Shown one piece after another: positions 15,001 through 29,500 of a stretch of 64,000 nt of DNA (the first letter of the stretch is position 1; each line of letters begins with the position of its first letter). The position numbers were made by a program, and so were the translations under genes. Source of the stretch: Azolla caroliniana (lineage: Eukaryota > Plantae > Polypodiophyta); NCBI GenBank assembly GCA_043228905.1, contig JBHGNT010000029.1, forward strand, positions 124,001-188,000. Direction: 5' to 3'. The notes under the pieces were generated by a model, which was not told where the DNA came from, did no database searches, and saw nothing but the letters and a program-made list of their open reading frames with translations.

Positions 15001-16916
15001 CGCTCTTCTCAACTCCCTCCTCTCATTTACTAATTTCATCATGACTCTCGACCTGAGTTTCAAAATCTTGATTTTCTAATTCCATATCATAGCTAGTGTT
15101 GTTAGCTTCGATTCGCATGTTTGAACACAAAAATCCGATATCACACGAGCCACGTCTGACAATTTTAATTTACTGACGCGCTCTTCTCAACTCCCTCCTC
15201 TCATTTACTAATTTCATCATGACTCTCGACCTGAGTTTCAAAATCTTGATTTTCTAATTCCATATCATAGCTAGTGTTGTTAGCTTCGATTCGCATGTTT
15301 GAACACAAAAATCCGATATCACAAGAGCCAGGTATGACAATTTTAAATTACTGACGTGATCTTCTCAATTCCCTCCTCTAATATACTAATTTCATCATGT
15401 CTCTCGACCTGAGTTTCAAAATCTTGACTTTCTAATTGCATATCATAGCTAGTGTTGTTAGCTTCGATTGGCATGTTTGATCACAAAAATCCGATATCAC
15501 ACGAGCCACGTATGACAATTTTAATTTACTGACGTGATCTTCTCAATTCCCTCCTCTAATTTACTAATTTCATCATGTCTCTCCACCTGAGATTCAAAAT
15601 CTTGATTTTCTAATTCCATATCATAGCTAGTATTGTTAGCTTGGATTGGCATGTTTGAACACTAAAATCCGATATCACACGAGCCAGGTATGACAATTTT
15701 AATTTACTCACGCGCTCTTCTCAACTCCCTCCTCAAATTTGGTAATTTCTTCATGTCTCTCGACCTGAGTTTCAAAATCTTGATTTTCTAATTCCATATC
15801 ATAGGTAGTGTTGTTAGCTTCGATTCGCATGTTTGAACACAACGAACCGATATCACACGAGCCAGGTATGAACATTTTAATTTACTCACGCGCTCTTTTC
15901 AACTCCCTCCTCAAATTTGGTAATTTCTTCATGTCTCTCGACCTAAGTTTCAAAATCTTGATTTTCTAATTCCATATCATAGGTAGTGTTGTTAGCTTCG
16001 ATTCGCATGTTTGAACACAACAAACCGATATCACACGAGCCAGGTATGAACATTTTAATTTACTCACGCGCTCTTTTCAACTCCCTCCTCTAATTTACTA
16101 ATTTCTTCATGTCTCTTGACCTGAGTTTCAAAATCTTGATTTTATAATTCCAGATCATAGCTAGTGTTGTTAGCTTCGATTCGCATGTTTGAACACAAAA
16201 ATCCGATATCATACGAGCCACGTATGACAATTTTCATTTACTGACGTGATCTTCTCAATTCCCTCTTCTCATTTACTAATTTCATCATGACTCTCGACCT
16301 GAGTTTCAAAATCTTGATTTTCTAATTCCATATCATAGCTAGTGTTGTTAGCTTTGATTCGCATGTTTGAACACTAAAATCCGATATCACACGAGCCACG
16401 TATGACAATTTTAATTTACTGACGCGCTCTTCTCAACTCCCTCCTCTCATTTACTAATTTCATCATGACTCTTGACCTGAGTTTCAAAATCTTGATTTTC
16501 TAATTCCATATCATAGCTAGTGTTGTTAGCTTCGATTCGCATGTTTGAACACAAAAATCCGATATCACAAGAGCCAGGTATGACAATTTTAAATTACTGA
16601 CGTGATCTTCTCAATTCCCTCCTCTAATATACTAATTTCATCATGTCTCTCGACCTGAGTTTCAAAATCTTGACTTTCTAATTGCATATCATAGCTAGTG
16701 TTGTTAGCTTCGATTCGCATGTTTGAACACAAAAATCCGATATCACAAGAGCCACGTATGACAATTTTAATTTACTGACGTGATCTTCTGAATTGCCTCC
16801 TCTAATTTACTAATTTCATCATGTCTCTCCACCTGAGTTTCAAAATCTTGATTTTCTAATTCCATATCATAGCTAGTATTGTTAGCTTCGATTGGCATGT
16901 TTGAACACTAAAATCC
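1..16916. repeat. 178-bp tandem satellite array, segment 1 (centromere-like)
   Basis: CCGATATCACACGAGCCAGG recurs at 3, 181 and onward with period 178. Approximate consensus CCGATATCACACGAGCCAGGTATGACAATTTTAATTTACTCACGCGCTCTTCTCAACTCCCTCCTCTAATTTACTAATTTCTTCATGTCTCTCGACCTGAGTTTCAAAATCTTGATTTTCTAATTCCATATCATAGCTAGTGTTGTTAGCTTCGATTCGCATGTTTGAACACAAAAAT. Centromeric role is inferred only from monomer size and higher-order structure. Confidence 0.98.
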
Positions 16917-17549
16917 TATTAGAAATATTGAGAATCGAGTAGATAGGTATATAGAGTTACAACTGCAGAGATGGATATATGAAAACATAATTTCTATTAC
17001 ATATGAGAGTAGTTCAAAATGGTAGTTTTCCCATGCGCTCACACCTTAGAGCTTAGATAGGATATGGACCGGCTCACTACAAAATTAGTGGGGACTGATG
17101 ATCAATCTGACCACTGTGTGAGAAAAGTGACTTATAATCTATGTTTGGTCTTAGTGTAAATGTGCAAGTCAGTTGACAGTAGTGGAGATATTCCTTTTCT
17201 GTCAACTGACTTGTCATTTAATATGACCCAACTCCCTAGGTATAGGCTAGTGCTAGATAATACTTATCTTGAAGTCAATGACGCATACTTCAAGACTAAG
17301 TACATCGTAACTTGCCCACAAAATATTCTAGCTGACTTGATTAGCCAATCCTTTTATCTATCTCTCTCTTTCCTAAATATATTGTGTCCTACGCATCTAC
17401 GGTTTCCTAGATTAACACCTTATCGACCCATATGGTCGAGTTGCACACTAGCCGCTCCTCATTTGGGGCGCTATCACAAAATGTGCACTCTAAGAGCACA
17501 TATGGGGATAGATTTACAACTTGGGGCTGATCATTGATTATATCTAACA
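16917..17549. mobile_element. Solo LTR of an LTR retrotransposon (Ty1/copia-like termini), 633 bp
   Basis: Non-satellite insert starting TATTAGAAAT and ending ATATCTAACA (reverse complement TGTTAGATAT). This is an imperfect terminal inverted repeat with TG..CA changed to TA..CA. Flanked by 5-bp duplication AATCC (16912-16916 and 17550-17554), and the monomer resumes in register. No coding domain visible. Confidence 0.85.
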
Positions 17550-20500
17550 AATCCGATATCACACGAGCCAGGTATGACAATTTTAATTTACTCACGCGCT
17601 CTTCTCAACTCCATCCTCAAATTTGGTAATTTCTTCATGTCTCTCGACCTAAGTTTCAAAATCTTGATTTTCTAATTCCATATCATAGGTAGTGTTGTTA
17701 GCTTCGATTCGCATGTTTGAACACAACAAACCGATATCACACGAGCCAGGTATGAACATTTTAATTTACTCACGCGCTCTTCTCAACTCCCTCCTCAAAT
17801 TTGGTAATTTCTTCATGTCTCTCGACCTAAGTTTCAAAATCTTGATTTTCTAATTCCATATCATAGCTAGTGTTGTTAGCTTCGATTCGCATGTTTGAAC
17901 ACAAAAATCCGATATCACACGAGCCACGTATGACAATTTTAATTTACTAACGCGCTCTTCTCAACTCCCTCTTTTCATTTACTAATTTCATCATGACTCT
18001 CGACCTGAGTTTCAAAATCTTGATTTTCTAATTCCATATCATAGCTAGTGGTGTTAGCTTTGATTCGCATGTATGAACACAAAAATCCGATATCACACGA
18101 GCCACGTATGACAATTTTAATTTACTAACGCGCTCTTCTCAACTCCCTCCTCTAATTTACTAATTTCTTCATGTCTCTCGACCTTAGTTTCAAAATCTTG
18201 ATTTTCTAATTCCATATTATAGGTAGTCTTGTTACCTTCGATTCGCATGTTTGAACACAAAAATACTATATCACACGAGCCAGGTATGAACATTTTAATT
18301 TACTCACGCGCTCTTCTCAATTCCCTCCTCAAATTTGCTAATTTCTTCATGTCTCTCGACCAGAGTTTCAAAATCTTAATTTTCTAATTTCATATCATAG
18401 CTAGTGCTGTTAGCTTCGATTCGCATCTTTGAACACTTCAATCGGATATCACACGAGCTAGGTATGAACACTTCATGTCTCTCGACCAGAGTTTCAAAAT
18501 CTTAATTTTCTAATTTCATATCATAGCTAGTGCTGTTAGCTTCGATTCGCATCTTTGAACACTTCAATCGGATATCACACGCTCTTCTCAACTCCCTCCT
18601 CTAATTTACTAATTTCTTCATGTCTCTCGACCTGAGTTTCAAAATCTTGATTTTTGAATTCCATATCATAGCTAGTGTTAGGAGCTTCGATTTGCATGTT
18701 TGAACACAACAAACCGATATCACACGAGCCAGGTATGAACATTTTAATTTACTCACGCGCTCTTTTCAACTCCCTCCTCTAATTTACTAATTTCATCATG
18801 TGTCTCGACCTGAGTTACAAAATCTGTATTTTCTAATTCGATATCATAGGTAGTGTTGTTAGCTTCGATTCGCATGTTTGAACACAACAAACCGATATCA
18901 CACGAGCCAGGTATGAACATTTTAATTTACTCACGCGCTCTTCTCAACTCCCTCCTCAAATTTGGTAATTTCTTCATGTCTCTCGACCTAAGTTTCAAAA
19001 TCTTGATTTTCTAATTCCATATCATAGCTAGTGTTGTTAGCTTCGATTCGCATGTTTGAACACAAAAATCCGATATCACACGAGCCACGTATGACAATTT
19101 TAATTTACTAACGCGCTCTTCTCAACTCCCTCTTTTCATTTACTAATTTCATCATGACTCTCGACCTGAGTTTCAAAATCTTGATTTTCTAATTCCATAT
19201 CATAGCTAGTGGTGTTAGCTTTGATTCGCATGTATGAACACAAAAATCCGATATCACACGAGCCACGTATGACAATTTTAATTTACTAACGCGCTCTTCT
19301 CAACTCCCTCCTCTAATTTACTAATTTCTTCATGTCTCTCGACCTTAGTTTCAAAATCTTGATTTTCTAATTCCATATTATAGGTAGTCTTGTTACCTTC
19401 GATTCGCATGTTTGAACACAAAAATACTATATCACACGAGCCAGGTATGAACATTTTAATTTACTCACGCGCTCTTCTCAATTCCCTCCTCAAATTTGCT
19501 AATTTCTTCATGTCTCTCGACCAGAGTTTCAAAATCTTAATTTTCTAATTTCATATCATAGCTAGTGCTGTTAGCTTCGATTCGCATCTTTGAACACTTC
19601 AATCGGATATCACACGAGCTAGGTATGAACACTTCATGTCTCTCGACCAGAGTTTCAAAATCTTAATTTTCTAATTTCATATCATAGCTAGTGCTGTTAG
19701 CTTCGATTCGCATCTTTGAACACTTCAATCGGATATCACACGCTCTTCTCAACTCCCTCCTCTAATTTACTAATTTCTTCATGTCTCTCGACCTGAGTTT
19801 CAAAATCTTGATTTTTGAATTCCATATCATAGCTAGTGTTAGGAGCTTCGATTTGCATGTTTGAACACAACAAACCGATATCAGACGAGCCAGGTATGAA
19901 CATTTTAATTTACTCACGCGCTCTTTTCAACTCCCTCCTCTAATTTACTAATTTCATCATGTGTCTCGACCTGAGTTACAAAATCTGTATTTTCTAATTC
20001 GATATCATAGCTAGTGTTGTTAGCTTCGATTCGCATGTTTGAACACTAAAATCCGATATCACACGAGCCAGGTATGAACATTTTAATTTACTCACGCGCT
20101 CTTCTCAACTCCCTCCTCTAATTTACTAATTTCTTCATGTCTCTCGACCTGAGTTTCGAAATCTTGATTTTCTAATTCCATATCATAGGTAGTGTTGTTA
20201 GCTTCGATTCAGATGTTTGAACACAAAAATACGATATCACACGAGCCAGGTCTGAACATTTTAATTTACTCACGCGCTCTTCTCAATTCCCTCCTCAAAT
20301 TTGCTAATTTCTTCATGTCTCTCGACCAGGTATGAACATTTTCATTTACTCACGCGGTCTTCGCATCTCCCTCCTCTACTTTACTAATTTCTTCATGTCT
20401 CTCGACGTGAGTTTCAAAATCTTGATTTTCTAATTCCAAATCATAGCTAGTGTTGTTAGCATCGATTCGCATGTTTGAACACAGAAATCCGATATCACAA

Positions 20501-23500
20501 GAGCCAGGTATAAACATTTTAATTTACTGACTCGCTCTTCTCAACTTTCTCCTCTAATTTTTTAATTTCTTCATGTCTCTCGACCTGAGTTTCAAAATCT
20601 TGATTTTCTAATTCCATATCATAGGTAGTGTTGTTAGCTTCGATTTGCATGTTTGAAAACTAAAATCCGATATCACACGAGCTAGGTATGACAATTTTAA
20701 TTTACTGACGCGCTATTCTCAACTCCCTCCTCTAATTTACTAATTTCATCATGTCTCTCGACCTGAGTTTCAAAATCTTGATTTTCTAATTCCATATCAT
20801 AACTAGCGTTGTTAGCTTCGATTCGCATGTTTGAACACTAAAATCCGATATCACACGAGCCATGTATGACAATTTTAATTTACTGACACGCTCTTCTCAA
20901 CTCCCTCCTCTAATTTACTAATTTCTTCATGTCTCTCGACCTTAGTTTCAAAATCTTGATTTTCTAATTCCATATCATAGCTAGTGTTGTTAGCTTTGAT
21001 TCGCGTAGAACACAAAAATAGGATATCAAACGAGCCAGGCATGACAATTTGAATTTACTCACGCGCTCTTCTCAACTCCCTCCTCTAATTTACTAATTTC
21101 TTCATGTCTCTCGACCTGAGTTTCAAAATCTTGATTTTCTAATTCCATATCATAACTAGCGTTGTTAGCTTCGATTCGCATGTTTGAACACTAAAATCGG
21201 ATATCACACGAGCCATGTATGACAATTTTAATTTACTAACGCGCTCTTCTCAACTCCCTCCTCTAATTTACTAATTTCTTCATGTCTCTCGACCTTAGTT
21301 TCAAAATCTTGATTTTCTAATTCCATATTTTAGGTAGTCTTGTTACCTTCGATTCGCATGTTTGAACACAAAAATACTATATCACACGAGCCAGGTATGA
21401 ACATTTTAATTTACTCACGCGCTCTTCTCAATTCCCTCCTCAAATTTGCTAATTTCTTCATGTCTCTCGACCAGAGTTTCAAAATCTTAATTTTCTAATT
21501 TCATATCATAGCTAGTGCTGTTAGCTTCGATTCGCATCTTTGAACACTTCAATCGGATATCACACGAGCTAGGTATGAATATTTTCATTTACTCACGCGC
21601 TCTTCTCAACTCCCTCCTCTATATTTACTAATTTCTTCATGTCTCTCGACCTGAGTTTCAAAATCTTGATTTTCTAATTCCATATCATAACTAGGGTTGT
21701 TAGCTTCGATTCGCATGTTTGAACACTAAAATCCGATATCACACGAGCCATGTATGACAATTCTAATTTACTGACACGCTCTTCTCAACTCCCTCCTCTA
21801 ATTTACTAATTTCTTCATGTCTCTCGACCTTAGTTTCAAAATCTTGATTTTCTAATTCCATATCATAGCTAGTGTTGTTAGCTTCGATTCGCATGTTTGA
21901 ACACTAAAATCCGATATCACACGAGCCAGGTATGACAATTTTAATTTACTGACGCGTTCTTTTCAACTCCCTCCTCTAATTAACTAATTTCTTCATGACT
22001 CTCGACCTGAGATTCAAAAACTTGATTTTCTAATTCCATATCATAGCTAGTGTTGTTAGCTTCGATTCGCATGTTTGAACACAAAAATCCGATATCACAC
22101 GAGCCACGTATGACAATTTTAATTTTACTGACGTGATCTTCTCAATTCCCTCCTCTAATTTACTAATTTCATCATGTCTCTTCACCTGAGTTTCAAAATC
22201 TTGATTTTCTAATTCCATATCATAGCTAGTGTTGTTAGCTTCGATTGGCATGTTTGAACACTAAAATCGGATATCACACGAGCCAGGTATGACAATTTTA
22301 ATTTACTCACGCGCTCTTCTCAACTCCCTCCTCAAATTTGGTAATTTCTTCATGTCTCTCGACCTGAGTTTCAAAATCTTGATTTTCTAATTCCATATCA
22401 CAGGTAGTGTTGTTAGCTTCGATTCGCATCTTTGAACACAACAAACGCATATCACACGACCCAGGTATGAACATTTTAATTTACTCACGCGCTCTTCTGA
22501 ACTCCCTCCTCAAATTTGGTAATTTCCTCATGTCTCTCGACCTGAGTTTCAAAATCTTGATTTTCTAATTCCATATCATAGGTAGTGTTGTTAGATTCGA
22601 TTCGCATGTTTGAACACATCAAACCGATATCACACGAGCCAAGTATGAACATTTTAATTTACTCACGCGCTCTTTTCAACTCCCTCCTCTAATTTACTAA
22701 TTTCTTCATGTCTCTTGACCTGAGTTTCAAAATATTGATTTTCTAATTCCATATCATAGCTAGTGTTGTTAGCTTCGATTCGCATGTTTGAACACAAAAA
22801 TCCGATATCACACGAGCCACGTATGACAATTTTAATTTACTGACGCGCTCTTCTCAACTCCCTCTTTTCATTTACTAATTTCATCATGACTCTCGACCTG
22901 AGTTTCAAAATCTTGATTTTTTAATTCCATATCATAGCTAGTGGTGTTAGCTTTGATTCGCATGTATGAACAGAAAAATCCGATATCACACGAGCCACGT
23001 ATGACAATTTTAATTTACTGACGTGATCTTCTCAATTCCCTCCTCTAATTTACTAATTTCATCCTGTCTCTCCACCTGAGATTCAAAATCTTGATTTTCT
23101 AATTCCATATCATAACTAGTGTTGTTAGCTTCGATTGGCAAGTTTGAACACTAAAATCCGATATCACACGAGCCAGGTATGACAATTTTAATTTACTCAC
23201 GCGCTCTTCTCAACTCCCTCCTCTAATTTACTAATTTCTTCATGTCTCTCGACCTGAGTTTCAAAATCTTGATTTTCTAAGTCCATATCATAGGTACTGT
23301 TTTTAGCTTTGATTCGCATGTTTGAACACAAAAATAGGATATCACACGAGCCAGGTATGACAATTTTAATTTACTCACGCGCTCTTCTCAACTCCCTCCT
23401 CTAATTTACTAATTTCTTCATGTCTCTGTACCTGAGTTTCAAAATCTGGATTTCCTAATTCGATATCATAGCTAGTGTTGTTAGCTTCCATTCGCATGTT

Positions 23501-26500
23501 TGAAAACTAAAATCCGATATCACACGAGCTAGGTATGACAATTTTAATTTACTGACGCAATCTTCTCAACTCCCTCCTCTCATTTACTAAGTTCATTATG
23601 ACTCTCGACCTGAGTTTCAAAATCTTGATTTTCTAATTCCATATCATAGCTAGTGTTGTTAGCTTCGATTCGCATGTTTGAACACAAAAATCCGATATCA
23701 CACGAGCCACGTATGACAATTTTAATTTACTGACGCGCTCTTCTCAACTCCCTCCTCTCATTTACTAATTTCATCATGACTCTCGACCTGAGTTTCAAAA
23801 TCTTGATTTTGTAATTCCATATCATAGCTAGTGTTGTTAGCTTCGATTCGCATGTTTGAACACAAAAATCCGATATCACAAGAGCCAGGTATGAAAATTT
23901 TAAATTACTGACGTGATCTTCTCAATTCCCTCCTCTAATATACTAATTTTTTCATGTCTCTCGACCTAAGTTTCAAAATCTTGACTTTGTAATTGCATAT
24001 CATACCTAGTGTTGTTAGCTTCGATTCGCATGTTTGAACACAAAAATCCGATATCACAAGAGCCACGTATGACAATTTTAATTTTACTGACGTGATCTTC
24101 TCAATTCCCTCCTCTAATTTACTAATTTCATCATGTCTCTCCACCTGAGATTCAAAATCTTGATTTTCTAATTCCATATCATAACTAGTGTTGTTAGCTT
24201 CGATTGGCAAGTTTGAACACTAAAATCCGATATCACACGAGCCAGGTATGACAATTTTAATTTACTCACGCGCTCTTCTCAACTCCCTCCTCTAATTTAC
24301 TAATTTCTTCATGTCTCTCGACCTGAGTTTCAAAATCTTGATTTTCTAAGTCCATATCATAGGTACTGTTTTTAGCTTTGATTCGCATGTTTGAACACAA
24401 AAATACTATATCACACGAGCCAGGTATGAACATTTTAATTTACTCACGCGCTCTTCTCAATTCCCTCCTCAAATTTGCTAATTTCTTCATGTCTCTCGAC
24501 CAGAGTTTCAAAATCTTAATTTTCTAATTTCATATCATAGCTAGTGCTGTTACCTTCGATTCGCATCTTTGAACACTTCAATCGGATATCACACGAGCTA
24601 GGTATGAATATTTTCATTTACTCACGCGCTCTTCTCAACTCCCTCCTCTATATTTACTAATTTCTTCATGTCTCTCGACCTAAGTTTCAAAATCTTGATT
24701 TTCTAATTCCATATCATAACTAGGGTTGTTAGCTTCGATTCGCATGTTTGAACACTAAAATCCGATATCACACGAGCCATGTATGACAATTTTAATTTAC
24801 TGACACGCTCTTCTCAACTCCCTCCTCTAATTTACTAATTTCTTCATGTCTCTCGACCTTAGTTTCAAAATCTTGATTTTCTAATTCCATATCATAGCTA
24901 GTGTTGTTAGCTTCGATTCGCATGTTTGAACACTAAAATCCGATATCACACGAGCCAGGTATGACAATTTTAATTTACTGACGCGTTCTTTTCAACTCCC
25001 TCCTCTAATTTACTAATTTCTTCATGACTCTCGACCTGAGATTCAAAAACTTGATTTTCTAATTCCATATCATAGCTAGTGTTGTTAGCTTCGATTCGCA
25101 TGTTTGAACACAAAAATCCGATATCACACGAGCCACGTATGACAATTTTAATTTTACTGACGTGATCTTCTCAATTCCCTCCTCTAATTTACTAATTTCA
25201 TCATGTCTCTTCACCTGAGTTTCAAAATCTTGATTTTCTAATTCCATATCATAGCTAGTGTTGTTAGCTTCGATTGGCATGTTTGAACACTAAAATCGGA
25301 TATCACACGAGCCAGGTATGACAATTTTAATTTACTCACGCGCTCTTCTCAACTCCCTCCTCAAATTTGGTAATTTCTTCATGTCTCTCGACCTGAGTTT
25401 CAAAATCTTGATTTTCTAATTCCATATCACAGGTAGTGTTGTTAGCTTCGATTCGCATCTTTGAACACAACAAACGCATATCACACGACCCAGGTATGAA
25501 CATTTTAATTTACTCACGCGCTCTTCTGAACTCCCTCCTCAAATTTGGTAATTTCCTCATGTCTCTCGACCTGAGTTTCAAAATCTTGATTTTCTAATTC
25601 CATATCATAGGTAGTGTTGTTAGATTCGATTCGCATGTTTGAACACATCAAACCGATATCACACGAGCCAGGTATGAACATTTTAATTTACTCACGCGCT
25701 CTTCTCAACTCCCTCCTCTAATTTACTAATTTCTTCATGTCTCTTGACCTGAGTTTCAAAATCTTGATTTTCTAATTCCATATCATAGCTAGTGTTGTTA
25801 GCTTCGATTCGCATGTTTGAACACAAAAATCCGATATCACACGAGCCACGTATGACAATTTTAATTTACTGACGCGCTCTTCTCAACTCCCTCTTTTCAT
25901 TTACTAATTTCATCATGACTCTCGACCTGAGTTTCAAAATCTTGATTTTTTAATTCCATATCATAGCTAGTGGTGTTAGCTTTGATTCGCATGTATGAAC
26001 ACAAAAATCCGATATCACACGAGCCACGTATGACAATTTTAATTTACTGACGTGATCTTCTCAATTCCCTCCTCTAATTTACTAATTTCATCATGTCTCT
26101 CCACCTGAGATTCAAAATCTTGATTTTCTAATTCCATATCATAACTAGTGTTGTTAGCTTCGATTGGCAAGTTTGAACACTAAAATCCGATATCACACGA
26201 GCCAGGTATGACAATTTTAATTTACTCACGCGCTCTTCTCAACTCCCTCCTCTAATTTACTAATTTCTTCATGTCTCTCGACCTGAGTTTCAAAATCTTG
26301 ATTTTCTAAGTCCATATCATAGGTACTGTTTTTAGCTTTGATTCGCATGTTTGAACACAAAAATAGGATATCACACGAGCCAGGTATGACAATTTTAATT
26401 TACTCACGCGCTCTTCTCAACTCCCTCCTCTAATTTACTAATTTCTTCATGTCTCTGTACCTGAGTTTCAAAATCTGGATTTCCTAATTCGATATCATAG

Positions 26501-29500
26501 CTAGTGTTGTTAGCTTCCATTCGCATGTTTGAAAACTAAAATCCGATATCACACGAGCTAGGTATGACAATTTTAATTTACTGACGCAATCTTCTCAACT
26601 CCCTCCTCTCATTTACTAAGTTCATTATGACTCTCGACCTGAGTTTCAAAATCTTGATTTTCTAATTCCATATCATAGCTAGTGTTGTTAGCTTCGATTC
26701 GCATGTTTGAACACAAAAATCCGATATCACACGAGCCACGTATGACAATTTTAATTTACTGACGCGCTCTTCTCAACTCCCTCCTCTCATTTACTAATTT
26801 CATCATGACTCTCGACCTGAGTTTCAAAATCTTGATTTTCTAATTCCATATCATAGCTAGTGTTGTTAGCTTCGATTCGCATGTTTGAACACAAAAATCC
26901 GATATCACAAGAGCTAGGTATGACAATTTTAAATTACTGACGTGATCTTCTCAATTCCCTCCTCTAATATACTAATTTTTTCATGTCTCTCGACCTAAGT
27001 TTCAAAATCTTGACTTTGTAATTGCATATCATACCTAGTGTTGTTAGCTTCGATTCGCATGTTTGAACACAAAAATCCGATATCACAAGAGCCACGTATG
27101 ACAATTTTAATTTACTGACGTGATCTTCTCAATTCCCTCCTCTAATTTACTAATTTCATCATGTCTCTCCACCTGAGATTCAAAATCTTGATTTTCTAAT
27201 TCCATATCATAACTAGTGTTGTTAGCTTCGATTGGCAAGTTTGAACACTAAAATCCGATATCACACGAGCCAGGTATGACAATTTTAATTTACTCACGCG
27301 CTCTTCTCAACTCCCTCCTCTAATTTACTAATTTCTTCATGTCTCTCGACCTGAGTTTCAAAATCTTGATTTTCTAAGTCCATATCATAGGTACTGTTTT
27401 TAGCTTTGATTCGCATGTTTGAACACAAAAATAGGATATCACACGAGCCAGGTATGACAATTTTAATTTACTCACGCGCTCTTCTCAACTCCCTCCTCAA
27501 ATTTGGTAATTTCTTCATGTCTCTCGACCTGAGTTTCAAAATCTTGATTTTCTAATTCCATATCATAGGTAGTGTTGTTAGCTTCGATTCGCATGTTTGA
27601 ACACAACAAACTGATATCACACGAGCCAGGTATGAACATTTTAATTTACTCACGCGCTCTTTTCAACTCCCTCCTCTAATTTACTAATTTCTTCATGTCT
27701 CTTGACCTGAGTTTCAAAATCTTGATTTTCTAATTCCATATCATAGGTAGTGATATCACACGAGCCAGGTATGACAATTTTCATTTACTCACGCGCTCTT
27801 CTCAACTCCATCCTCAAATTTGGTAATTTCTTCATGTCTCTCGACCTGAGTTTCAAAATCTTGATTTTCTAATTCCATATCATAGGTAGTGTTGTTAGCT
27901 TCGATTCGCATGTTTGAACACAACAAACCGATATCACACGAGCCAGGTATGAACATTTTAATTTACTCACGCGCTCTTCTCAACTCCCTCCTCAAATTTG
28001 GTAATTTCTTCATGTCTCTCGACCTGAGTTTCAAAATCTTGATTTTCTAATTCCATATCATAGGTAGTGTTGTTAGCTTCGTTTCGCATGTTTGAACACA
28101 ACAAACTGATATCACACGAGCCAGGTATGAACATTTTAATTTACTGACGCGCTCTTTTCAACTCCCTCCTCTAATTTACTAATTTCTTCATGTCTCTTGA
28201 CCTGAGTTTCAAAATCTTGATTTTTTAATTCCATGTCATAGCTAGTGTTGTTAGCTTCGATTCGTATGTTTGAACACAAAAATCCGATATCATACGAGCC
28301 ACGTATGACAATTTTAATTTACTGACGCGCTCTTCTCAACTCCCTCTTCTCATTTACTAATTTCATCATGACTCTCGACCTGAGTTTCAAAATCTTGACT
28401 TTCTAATTGCATATCATAGCTAGTGTTGTGAGCTTCGATTGGCATGTTTGATCACAAAAATCCGATATCACACGAGCCACGTATGACAATTTTAATTTAC
28501 TGACGTGATCTTCTCAATTCCCTCCTCTAATTTACTAATTTCATCATGTCTCTCCACCTGAGTTTCAAAATCTTGATTTTCTAATTCCATATCATAGCTA
28601 GTATTGTTAGCTTCGATTGGCATGTTTGAACACTAAAATCCGATATCACACGAGCCAGGTATGACAATTTTAATTTACTCACGCGCTCTTCTCAACTCCC
28701 TCCTCAAATTTGGTAATTTCTTCATGTCTCTCGACCTGAGTTTCAAAATCTTGATTTTCTAATTCCATATCATAGGTAGTGTTGTTAGCTTCGATTCGCA
28801 TGTTTGAACACAACAAACCGATATCACACGAGCCAGGTATGAACATTTTAATTTACTCACGCGCTCTTCTCAACTCCCTCCTCAAATTTGGTAATTTCTT
28901 CATGTCTCTCGACCTGAGTTTCAAAATCTTGATTTTCTAATTCCATATCATAGGTAGTGTTGTTAGCTTCGATTCGCATGTTTGAACACAACAAACTGAT
29001 ATCACACGAGCCAGGTATGAACATTTTAATTTACTCACGCGCTCTTTTCAACTCCCTCCTCTAATTTACTAATTTCTTCATGTCTCTTGACCTGAGTTTC
29101 AAAATCTTGATTTTTTAATTCCATGTCATAGCTAGTGTTGTTAGCTTCGATTCGTATGTTTGAACACAAAAATCCGATATCATACGAGCCACGTATGACA
29201 ATTTTAATTTACTGACGCGCTCTTCTCAACTCCCTGTTCTCATTTACTAATTTCATCATGACTCTCGACCTGAGTTTCAAAATCTTGACTTTCTAATTGC
29301 ATATCATAGCTAGTGTTGTTAGCTTCGATTGGCATGTTTGATCACAAAAATCCGATATCACACGAGCCACGTATGACAATTTTAATTTACTGAAGTGATC
29401 TTCTCAATTCCCTCCTCTAATTTACTAATTTCATCATGTCTCTACACCTGAGTTTCAAAATCTTGATTTTCTAATTCCATATCATAGCTAGTATTGTTAG

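Noticed and set aside
1-16916. CRISPR array or identity with Arabidopsis CEN178
   Set aside because: There are no unique spacers. The monomer length matches CEN178, but I see no sequence resemblance to it.
17070-17152. Possible hammerhead/retrozyme in the solo LTR (CTGATGA at ~17095, GAAA at ~17122)
   Set aside because: Stem II is only 3 bp without the usual G-C closing pair, stem I does not abut the core, and no stem III/NUH pairing fits.
17160-17595. 125-aa and 62-aa ORFs over the LTR
   Set aside because: No recognisable domain; one runs in from satellite; the region behaves as a non-coding LTR.
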